From the human T2T-CHM13v2.0 reference genome, Homo sapiens: a stretch of 64,000 nucleotides of DNA. The position numbers were made by a program, and so were the translations under genes. Shown here one piece after another: positions 53,767 to 64,000 of this stretch. The stretch lies in NCBI RefSeq assembly GCF_009914755.1, contig NC_060926.1; one strand, written 5' to 3'. The stretch's first letter is position 1, and each line of letters starts with the position of its first letter. The notes under the pieces were generated by a model. That model saw only the letters and a list, made by a program, of their open reading frames with translations. It did no database searches and was not told the origin of the DNA.

Positions 53767-54120
53767 TATATTAGTCTTTTTCCACACTGCCATAAAGAAA
53801 TACCCAAGACTGAGTAATTTATAAAGGAAAGAAGTTTAATTAATTCACAGTTCCACATGGCTGGGGAGGCCTCAAGAAACTTACAATCATGGCAGAAGGC
53901 AGAGGGGAAGCAGGCACCTTCCTCACATGGCAGCAGGAGAGAGAAGAGTGAAGGAGGAACTTCCAAACACTTATAAAAGCATCAGATCTCATGAGAACTC
54001 ACTATCATGAGAACAGCATAGGGAAACTGCCCCCATGATCCAATCACATCCCTCCCTCAGCATGTGAGGATTATAAATCCAGATGAGATGTGGGTGGGGA
54101 CACAGAGTCAAACCATATCA
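53767..54120 (-). mobile_element. THE1D/MSTA MaLR solo LTR
   Basis: TATATTAGTC...AAACTTACAATCATGGCAGAAGGC...GGGACACAGAGTCAAACCATATCA; perfect TSD CTTCC. Confidence 0.95.
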
Positions 54121-54234
54121 CTTCCTGAAAATAAAATAACAGTTTTGTTTCTTTGTAGTTTCTGAACCAAGCACAGTGGTGAGCACTTTTACATGCGCAA
54201 GACATGCAAAATGAACAGAAGAACACAGTCATGT

Positions 54235-54600
54235 CCTACGGACTAAATGTTTGTGCCCCACCTCAAAATTCGTATGTTAAAACCCTAACCCCCAAGGTGT
54301 TGGTATGAAGAGGTGGGGCCTTTGGGAGGTGATTCGGTCATGAGGGTGGGCCCTCATGAATGGGATTCACATCCTCATAAAAGAAGTTCCAGGGAGTTTG
54401 GTTACCCCCTCCACTATGGGAGGACACAGCAAGAAGGTACCATCTATGAGGAAGCAAGTCCTTACCAGACACCAAATCTGCATTCATCTTGGATTTCCCA
54501 GTCTCTAGGACTGTGAAAAATAAATGTCTTTGTTTAAGCCACTCAGTTTCTGGGTTTTTTTTTTTTTTTTTTTATTACAGCAGCCATATGAACTGAGACA
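54235..54600 (+). mobile_element. MLT1A-type MaLR solo LTR
   Basis: GGACTAAATGTTTGTGCCCC...GAGGTGGGGCCTTTGGGAGGTGATT...GAACTGAGACA; TSD TCATG/TAATG. Confidence 0.92.
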
Positions 54601-55584
54601 TAATGACAGCTGTCCTTTAAAGAACAGCAGTGACAGGTTGGTCATAGGTTAGGGCTTTTCTCATTATTTCTTATTTCTACTTCTCACAAAATCCTGCAAG
54701 GCTGTTGATTGGTTTTTCAGATAGAACCAACAAGGTTCAGAGGATTATCTCAGTGGAACCAGAAGATGGGCCAGTGAGAGCCAGAGTGCCTTGTGTGAAG
54801 CCTCTGTGTTCTCTTCCCACTCTTCAGTTGCTCTCTCTGGCACCCAACCTGGAGTTGCCATGACCCAGGGGATCTCCCACTACATGAGGAGGTGGTACTC
54901 ACAGATGAATCTCCAGGGTCTGGGCATGGGTAAGGCTGCTGGATATATGGCAAAAGGGAGGAGAAAAACTATACAGGGCACAGAAGAGTGTATGCTCCTC
55001 CTAAAGACGTATGTACTCAGCAGTTTATGATTAGTTTTGACCCTAATCAGGCCAAACAAGTCTGCAGTCCAGATCCTCATTGGATGTGGTTCACAAGCCA
55101 TCAGAGAGCCTCACATTATTTTACTCTGCCAACTCACCATAATGGCATGTGGATATATGCAATGATTTGCTTAAAACTCTTCCGCTAGTTAGCTGCATTT
55201 TCCCTAGTTGGTCTTATCAGCATTTCAAAGTTATACCGAAGACAAAAATACTTCTACTTCACTTACGTACTAGGAGGTCTGTGATTCCCACCTTTCAAAT
55301 TTCTTTTCTCAGTCCCTAGAGACCATCCTTTAAGATAAAAAAAATAAAAGGCTTCAATTTTTCTTTCTTGACGGGGTGAGATCTGTCCTCAACTTATTTT
55401 CAAAAGGTTAATCACATGGAAAGTGTGATGCCATTATGTTTTAGCCTGCCAGTGATATATTATATAATAGAAAGGGAACAGGACAATTTATGTACAACTA
55501 CAGTTTCTGAGAATCCAGGTGTTAAAAAGATAACCAGCTGACCTAGCTATTCCATGAGGTTGCTGCATGGAACTTTTAAAAATG

Positions 55585-56060
55585 TGTCATAGAATTCTAG
55601 AGATAGGAAGGTCATTAGCAGCACTCCAATCCAATCATCATATGTTTACAAGTGAGGAAAACTTAAGGCTTTGCCTCTGAGACATGAATATGTACATAAA
55701 TCTCTAGACTACCATATTCCTGTGTGACTTGGGGCAAGGTACCCTGTCATGCCTCAGTCTTCCTAATTGTCTGATGGAGGTAAAAACCACCACTCCCAGG
55801 GGGATTTAATGAGTATTAAGAACTCAATTTCTGTTTTACTGACCTCTGTGTGGCTACTACTTAGCTCAGTGTCTGACATACAGTGGAGGTTAATTAATAC
55901 ACGTGGGGTGAGGAATGAATGTAAAAGCCTGGCCAACACATAGTATGTGCTCAAAAGTATTAGTTTCCCCTCCTGTAAATGACACATCTAAGGTCACAAA
56001 ATGAGCCACTGAATTGAGGCTGGAACCCAAAGCTGATTCCCAAGCCACTGCTCCTTGCCC
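55585..56060. mobile_element. Nested MIR/MIR/L2 relics
   Basis: Antisense MIR (ACAAGTGAGGAAAACT ... AAGGTCACA) split by a sense MIR (CTGTGTGACTTGGGGCAAG...GCCTCAGTCTTCC) which itself holds an L2 end. Confidence 0.6.
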
Positions 56061-57544
56061 ATGAGTTAGAAATGAAGGAGAGCAGCCTCGGGAACAGCCA
56101 GGGGCTGCACAGATGGAAGAGATTATATGTTCCTTTGCCTGGGGTAAAACTGAGTTATGCCTTTTTGTTATTCTGAGATGAGAGAAATGCCCAAGTCAAA
56201 TGTTTCTTTACCCCAACTCCATCCATCACAGAAGGAAACCACCCTGGGGCAGAGGTGACCATCTTGTTGGACTAATTTGCTCCAGGTGCCACCGCCATTG
56301 GTGACTGCATTCCTGTTCATAGTCAAAACCCAGTGCATTCACCAGAATGGGCTTCTCAAAGGGAAGGATGAAAATGGGTTCTTGTTGAGAAGTCCTGGAG
56401 CGCATGTCTACCCTTTCATAATTCACTTTTCAATCTTTCAGTGACAAACAGTGCTGTACATTTTATGTTCACACTCGGTACCTGTCGAGCCCTATCCTTG
56501 GCTGGACTTTCAAGGCCTCACATGCTCTGACTCTAGGCAAGCGTACTGAACTGCCTGCCACGTTTCCCCTCCCATCCACCAGGCTGAGCTGCTGCCGTGC
56601 TCGGGCCCAGCAAGTGGTGATTCCTCCGGTTCCTTCCGCTTCTCCTTCCTTGGTGCTCACACAAGACAGGGTTTGCTCCTAGGTCCTGGCATGTACCTCA
56701 ATCTATACTGAAGCCGAATTGTCCGGGTTTGCACCGGAGCATCCCCCTACCCTCTCCCCTAAGCACAGCAGTGGTAACTTGCTGTGGCCTGCACAGTGCC
56801 CTTGTCCCGGGAGAAGCTTCATGGAGCTTTATGCTAAATGCTCACCCATCCCCACAGTCATCACACTCTAATTTTTTTGAGATCCCAAGCCTTAGCTTAT
56901 CAATAAACATTTTTCTTTAGACTCCCCCCTTCACTTTTCCACTTTACCTGATTAATTTGTCTTCCGGCAGAACCATGAAAACAATTATGGCGGTAGAGCT
57001 TTCTGACCCTGTTCCTAGACACAAGCACTCACCCTGGGAGTGGTCCTAAGTTTCACCCTCCTATCCAGTTGGTCTGAAATTTCTGGGGAAACCAAAATGT
57101 AAAAGCGTGTATGGTTACATTACCCTCTGTAGATAGGCTGGCTAAATAATAAACATGTCAACATGTCATCTAAACAGTAACATTTTTGTGAGTGAAACGA
57201 GGCATTATTAATATCAGTAGGACAACAGGCATAAACTGTTTCTTTCCTAGGAAACCAGAATCCAGAGTCAGGTGACCTCCAATCTAGGGCAAATCTGAGT
57301 CATGGTTTTCAGAAACCTGTGAGTACGAACCACTGAAGAGACTTATGGGAAACAAGAATCTAAGTGCATAAGCTTGATCCAAAGGTTGCCAGTAATTGTT
57401 GGGATGAGAGGTATGGACCCCTTAGATCATCCTCTGAATCCCAGCCTTTTTCCTGACCTTCTGTGCTCACGCTCCAGGAAGAAGGGGCACAGAAGCAGGA
57501 TACCTGAATGATAAAAATCTTTGTAAGCTATCAAGAGTATGTGT

Positions 57545-57620
57545 CTGATGCAATTTACCCATGTTGCAAACATCCACATGTACCCTCTGAACCTAAAAAA
57601 AAAAAGTTGTTAAAAAATAA
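57545..57620 (+). mobile_element. L1PA (old) extreme 3' fragment
   Basis: ATGCAATTTACCCATGTTGCAAACATCCACATGTACCCTCTGAACCTAAAA. Confidence 0.8.
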
Positions 57621-57936
57621 GGTGGGAGAAGGGGTGACACAGCATTTACACCACAGCGGTATGAAATGGCTTATTTCATGTTCAGGTAATAAGGGAGGCA
57701 CAAGTGGACATCACATCACACTGTGGCCCCCATCTTAAGCAGATGGATGGCACTTGGAGCACAGAACAAGCCCATCAATATGGGCAAGGACTCAGATTCG
57801 CCTCAATTTCAGCATTAGAGAACATGGTGGGTATGAGGAACCCCACTGCTCCATGTGCTATAGGCAGGGCCGGCCTCATACGAAGCCCACAAGGGGATGC
57901 CTGAATACTGAGCTAGAGACCCTCAGAGGATTTCAG

Positions 57937-57961
57937 GTGTGTGTGTGTGTGTGTGTGTGTG
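57937..57961. repeat. (GT)n microsatellite
   Basis: About 12 units. Confidence 0.95.
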
Positions 57962-58251
57962 CGCACATGTGTTTATTTGAATATTTGTTTATTTTTACTT
58001 TTGCGATGATGCAGTTGGTGGCTATGGCAGAGAAATACTGCTCTGTTATGTACCCAATTTGTACTCTCAGGTTGGTGAGTCCTGAGAAGGCACTGGCTAT
58101 CATAAGGAAAGCAAAGGCAGCCGAGGGCTGTTTTGTTTGAGAAACCACTGGGAGCCAAGGATTCATTCCCCAGTTTGCTGTGGCACATGTGTACAGTTTT
58201 CATAAACTTATCATTTTAAAATAATTTTAGACATAGGAAACTATCAAGACT

Positions 58252-58639
58252 CATATTAAGCATCTGTTTTTACACTGCTATAAAGACCTGCCTGAGACTA
58301 GGTAATTTATAAAGGAAAGAAGTTTAATTGACTCGCAGTTCAGCATGGCTGGGGAAGCCTCAGAAAACTTACAATCATGGAGGAAGGGAAAGGGGAAGCA
58401 AGGCACCTTCTTCACAAGGCAGCAGGAAGCAGAATGAATGCAGCAGGAACTACCAAACACTTATAAAACCATCGGATCTCATGAGAACACGGTCACTCTC
58501 ATGAGAACAGCATGAGGGAACCGCTCCCATGATCCAAGTACCTCCAGCTGGTGTTTCCCTTGACCCCTTGACATGAGGGAATTATAGGGATTACAATTCA
58601 AGATGAGATTTTGGGTGGGGACAGAGCCAAACCGTATCA
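58252..58639 (-). mobile_element. THE1D/MSTA MaLR solo LTR
   Basis: GGTAATTTATAAAGGAAAGAAGTTTAATTGACTCGCAGTTC...GGGACAGAGCCAAACCGTATCA. Confidence 0.93.
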
Positions 58640-58664
58640 CCTGTATAATCTTCATCAAGAGTCA

Positions 58665-59230
58665 TTGAGTCCATACTGATATAAATAAGCAAACAAAAAA
58701 TAAATTTTAGAGGTGGGGGGACTCAGCTTTAGAACAGAATGCCAATCAATCACAAATGTGGAAGAAATGGTTATTAAGAGACTCACTATGTGGTAACCAT
58801 CACAGCAAGCACATGATGCAGGAAAGAATCGTGGGTGGATGCTAGTAGTGAAAGTTTGATGAGAACCAGGATGTTCACATGTCTCAAAGTATCTTGCTAC
58901 AGAGTAGTAATATTTTACAAAGAAAAAAGCAGTAACTTTGCAGTGAGAAACCCGGCAGAGACCACCCAAACCATGTGATCAAAGTCAACATCATCAGGAC
59001 TGCAGGGATAAGCACTTTATGCTCCTGATTGATTGATTTATATCAATATGAACTCATGGATTCTCATTTTGTTCCGTTGGTTCTATAAGCCATCACTGCC
59101 ATTCTTTGTTAATTTTTTGATGCTCAAACTCTTTCTGATTCGGCCAGTGGCACTCCCTCCAAGCTGACCCCTGTACTTCATGATGTGTGTCCCTGTTCTC
59201 TGAGCAAGTCCTTACTTCCTGACACAAGAG
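58665..59230. mobile_element. L1MC3/4-type 3' UTR fragments in opposite orientations (plus 58665-58995, minus 59025-59230)
   Basis: GTGAAAGTTTGATGAGAA...TCTCAAAGTATCT...AGTAACTTTGCAGTG (sense); TTGATGCTCAAA...GGCCAGTGG...TCCTTACTTCCTGACAC (antisense). Confidence 0.8.
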
Positions 59231-61108
59231 GTTTTGAAAAAAAATGTGGGTACATCATTTCTTTTGTTCTTACACAGTATGGAAATAGAGAGAATTTCAG
59301 CCTAACTAGGTTTATTTTAGACTATGTCCATGAGAAAGGATTTTCAATCCTAGAAAGTTGTGTGCATGGAACCTTAGAGTATATCTAATCTAACCTATCG
59401 TTTTCATATTAGGAGCCTAGGGCTCAGAAGCAGAAGCCACATGTCTAAGGATTAACATCCTAAAAGGAAGCCATTTCATTAAATGCCTTCAAAATGGGCC
59501 AGAAGAACTGTGATTCAGGAAAACTCCAGGGTACATGAAGACAGTGTTAGGTCCAAGCATGTAACCCAATGGAGTCTGCAGTTTTTGACTCCTGTGTCTG
59601 AATTTGATAGCCCAATAAACCATTTTTATTACAACATGCATAACAGATTTGCCAGCCATCCCCACATTTACAGATGGCCATTAATTTTTTTACCTAACGT
59701 AATGCATTCCACTCACAAAAAAAAATCCTTACTCCTCATAAATTGTGAGTGTAGAGAGGAGGCATTACAGTTATACACTGAGAAATAAATGCTTCTCATC
59801 ATTCCCTCATTTATTATGTCTTGCAGGATTTGAGTAGGTCTTAAAGAATATCTTTGAAAAAGCTATTAGCTCCATTACAGAGCTTTAAAATCTGTGATGT
59901 GCTTTATTTATGCAATTCCAAAGGGGTGCTAGAAGAAAGTGACCCATGCATTGGAATTTCAAGGGAGAGCAATATCCAATCCCTGATGCCACTGATGTTT
60001 TGTCATTGCGCAAGGAGTCCTCTGATTGTCAAAGGAAAAAGATATTAAGAATCTTCTCTGTATCCAGAATTTTCATACGCTAAATTACTGTATTTTAGGG
60101 AATGTTTAAAAATCTTCAAATGAGAAGAGCTTTTGTGTAGTAGAAAACAATGAATACATAGAAGAGTGCTTTCCAAACTGATTCTGATATGAATAGATAT
60201 TACTCAGAAAAAAATACATTTATCAGTCAAGTAATTTATGTGGCCTTTCATCTTTTCTTTTTTCTTTTTTCTTTTTTTTTTTTTTTTTTTACTAGAGCCT
60301 GTTATAAAGCTAGTGTTCTTCTATAGAAACACTTTTAGGAAACATCAACTTAGAGATATGATATCTGAGTGAGAGAGATCTGTGTGCTCTATTTTGTAGG
60401 GGGATTGGGGAGCAAAATAAGATGGGAAAAGAGCTTCTAGTATGACCTAGCAGGATTTAGTGACTGCTACACATCACTGGAAGAAATTAGCAGGATATTA
60501 GAGTTTCTGTTCATCCATTCGACCAGTCTTTCTACAAATACATATTTATCAAAACCCTACTAAGATATAAGAAAAGCAAGAAAAACAAGAGAAACACTGT
60601 AACTGGTTTGGAGGAAAAGAAAAATTCAACAAGCAGTAAATGTCAAAGATGTCATTGCTATTATGGGGAAGAAAGTAGAGAGCAGACCAAGTCCCTAGGA
60701 AGGAAGGAGGCCACAGGGAGTTTCCCGGAGCAGGAATCTTGGATGTGGAGATTCATTAGCTAAAGGGCCTCGCTAAAATCCCCTGCATGTTTTAAGAAGA
60801 AAGAATGTTTTGAAGGCGATGAGCTCACGATTTCTTGCAAAGGGTGGAATTCAGCTGCTGGTCATCTGCAGCTAGTGCATCAGTGTGTTCTTTCTACTGT
60901 ATCCCCACAGACAGCCAAGGTACTATCTTCTTCCATTCTGTCAAAACCATCCATGAAGCATCTTTAATGTATAAGAAGAGAGAAAGCAGAAGGAAAAGGA
61001 GAAGGGATAGAGCAAACTGGACATGGCTCCCTCCTTCAAAGATACTTTTGTTCTAATTAGAGAAGTTTATGCATGTGATTTCAGAGAAGCATAAGAATGG
61101 CAGTGGAA

Positions 61109-61454
<346 letters not shown>

Positions 61455-61539
61455 CTAGAGAAGGAATATTTGGCTGAGAAATCACCGAGGCTGATATAAA
61501 TCTGGCAGCTTCTGAATCAGACCTCAGGGCCTTGACACT

Positions 61540-61936
61540 TAAAGGGTAGTTTATTAAGGAGTATTGACTCACACGATCATAAGGTGAGGTCCCACAATAG
61601 ACCATCTGCAAGCTGAAGAGCAAGGAAGCCAGTCAAGTCCCAAAGCTAAGGAATTTGGAGCGGATGTTCAGTGGCCGGAAGCATCCAACACTGGAGAAAG
61701 ATGGAGGCTCAGAGGCTAAATCAGTCTAGTCCTTCCATGTTCTTCTGCCTGTTTTTATTCTGGCTGTGCTGGCAGCTGATTAGATAGTGCCCACCCAGAC
61801 TGAGGGTGGGTCTGCTTTTTCCAGTCCACTGACTCAAATGTTAATCTCCTTTGGCAACACCCTCACAGACACACCAAGGAACAATACTTTGCATCCTTCA
61901 GTCCATTCAAGTTGACTCTCAGTATTAACCGTCACT
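61540..61936 (-). mobile_element. MLT2A-type ERVL LTR (one end truncated)
   Basis: GTTTATTAAGGAGTATTGACTCACACGATCA...CCACTGACTCAAATGTTAATCTCCTTTGGCAACACCCTCACAGACACACC...CAGTATTAACCGTCAC. Confidence 0.93.
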
Positions 61937-62459
61937 GCCTGTCACAATGAGACACAGGTAGTTGGAGGTGGCTAGGCACAAGTGGGTGGAAGAGTGGAGG
62001 GAGACGCAGCATTGGGAGGGTTGATGGTGCTGTGCCAGGAAAGTCCACAGAAGAATGCACCACTGCTTGACGGGCACCAGGGCTACTGGGACGTTACTAA
62101 CAGGCCCAGGTTGAAGGCTTAGCCTCAACTCTTTCCTTAATAATGCCCAAAAACGTGGCTGGGGAAGGGCACCCCACTGGGTAAAGAACTGAAATAACAT
62201 TACAGCAGGCAACTGGAATGCCTAATTGTAACCAAAGTGTATTTTAAGACATTTTTCACAGTGAATGCTTTGTCAGGGGTTGCTGAAAAGGGATTATATG
62301 AAATAGATGAAGCAGAAAATTACCCAAACTATGAGTCAGTAGAACAGAATAGATTTTAACAGATTTGGCTACATGAGCAATGCTAAGTGATAACAGATAT
62401 GTTCTAAATATACTAAAAACTAAATTATTTCTATTATAAAATACAGATTTTGTAATATT

Positions 62460-62640
62460 TCGTCAATTTTTTTAAGTACCAGCAAGTGTCTTGTAGCATG
62501 TATGTCAGAAAGTGGTATTAGATGTTGAGGACACAGAGATGACTGAGACAAATCCTTCAATTAAGTAGCTCACAGTTGAATAGGGGCATAAATAAGCTTG
62601 AAAAGACCAATTAAAAATGGTGCACTAAAGGGGATAGGAA
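62460..62640 (-). mobile_element. L2 3' fragment
   Basis: GATGTTGAGGACACAGAGATGACTGAGACA...GTAGCTCACAGT. Confidence 0.65.
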
Positions 62641-62929
62641 GCTGCAAGGAGGGAGAGGAGCACACACTCACCTGGAATTGGTCTCCTGCACTTCCAAACC
62701 CTTGCACTCTGGGAACTGTCTTTCCAACACCTTATAAAAATACGAATCACATGTGATAAGCAAATCTACAGAGAGTTTACTACAAAGTTGAGTTCTTCCA
62801 AACTTTTTCAAAACTTTCACTTATTCCAGGCACAATAGACACTAACTGTGTATGTGTTTCAATTTGAGATGCACTTTTCTTTCCCAATTCTCATGGAATC
62901 GTGGATGGGTGGAAAACTAGAGATAATTT

Positions 62930-63180
62930 GGAAGTTAGGTTCAGACAAAACCAGGGTCAAATTCCACTGTAGAAGCTCTAATGAACCACATAGTTGTGGA
63001 CAAATTAAGTTTCTTCCCCCGAGCCTCAATCCCTTCACCTGCAAAAGAAGGGTGACACAGTTGGTTCTTGTAGGATTGAGGTGGGGATTAGAAAAAGGGT
63101 TTGTAAAGTGTCTAGAGCTGAGCCTAGCACATAAAACGTGCTCAATTCATTGTAGCTATTGTCACTATGATAACGATTAT
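62930..63180 (+). mobile_element. MIR SINE
   Basis: GAGCCTCAATCCCTTCACCTGCAAAA...TGTAAAGTGTCTAGAGC...CCTAGCACATAAAACGTGCTCAAT. Confidence 0.88.
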
Positions 63181-64000
63181 TTTCTCCCGAGTAAACAATT
63201 CCTTAGGACATCTCTAATTGCCTCAAAACATGCTATGTAATTACCAAGGCAAAATATACTTTTACATTTTAAAATAAATAAATAATAAGATATTTATAAT
63301 AAAATATAAGTATTAAAATGGTCTAAAATAAATAGTCTACACAGCACATGGTGTAACAAAAAGCAAGATCTAAACACAGGCACACAAACGCCCCCACAGA
63401 TACACACACAGAGGCAGCCACTGCCAAGTGTCTGGGTCTTCCTGACCTAGATTCTCACCCAGGTGATAGAGGAGAGAACTCCTGGGCTGGCATCAAAGGA
63501 TGCTGTACAGTCAGGAACTCACATGTGCACAAGGGAACACTAGAGTCCCGCGATGATCTGGCTGTGAGAGCTTACTTGAGGGAGACCACTGCAGTGTGTC
63601 ATTGCTCACTAGCACCTCAGCAGATACTGATATTCTGAAAAAGAGGCGCCTTAGCATCTAGTGTCTGGCATACTCTCAGTTAACTTCTAAAGTGACAACT
63701 GGGCAAGCGGTATGACTTGGAGAAACTGGATATTTCCTCCCTTTTCTAAGAAGAGTCTCAACGGTATCTGCAAGCAGCTTTGAAGAAAGAGCACATAGAA
63801 ATACAAAGTCCGGAATTCTGTTTAACAAGGATAATAAAATAATAATGATAAAACCTAGATATAAAAGGTATTTATTCATACTATTCTAGGAAAAAGAAAA
63901 TATGTCATAAACTTGGAGATAAAATTTGAATTATGTTGCAACACGTGGAGAGGGTGAGAGCTTACATACACTGAGGATTCCTAAAGCCAGGCATGTAGAA

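Overview
Primate (human-like; AluY-type elements imply catarrhine) AT-rich, repeat-dense genomic DNA with no protein-coding gene that I can support. Roughly half is recognisable interspersed repeat: three long L1 tracts (an L1M 5' end at 1-2215, L1MB/MC tracts at 6700-10740 and 29955-32868), a full Alu age series (FAM, FLAM, AluJ, AluS, AluY), MaLR and ERVL solo LTRs (MLT1A/C/J-K, THE1/MST, MLT2A/B), hAT MITEs (MER5A, MER58B, MER103-like) and many MIR/L2 relics. Many insertions show target-site duplications. Nearly all ORFs in the track are repeat-derived or chance. The unexplained signals are: (i) a 168-bp, ~96% identical inverted duplication (9599-9766 / 10001-10168) that copies an L1-MLT1A junction and is far less diverged than its host elements; (ii) well-formed non-coding plus-strand exons (26190-26283, 26576-26734) just downstream of an exact NFAT:AP-1 composite overlapping a STAT GAS site (25590-25609), with a TATA-plus-splice-donor cassette at ~15.0 kb and further acceptors, suggesting an inducible lncRNA/enhancer locus; (iii) two closely spaced inverted Alu pairs; (iv) smaller template-switch or inversion scars. 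I could not identify the locus by name. Repeat subfamilies were assigned by eye from remembered consensus sequences and their boundaries are approximate unless a TSD is quoted.
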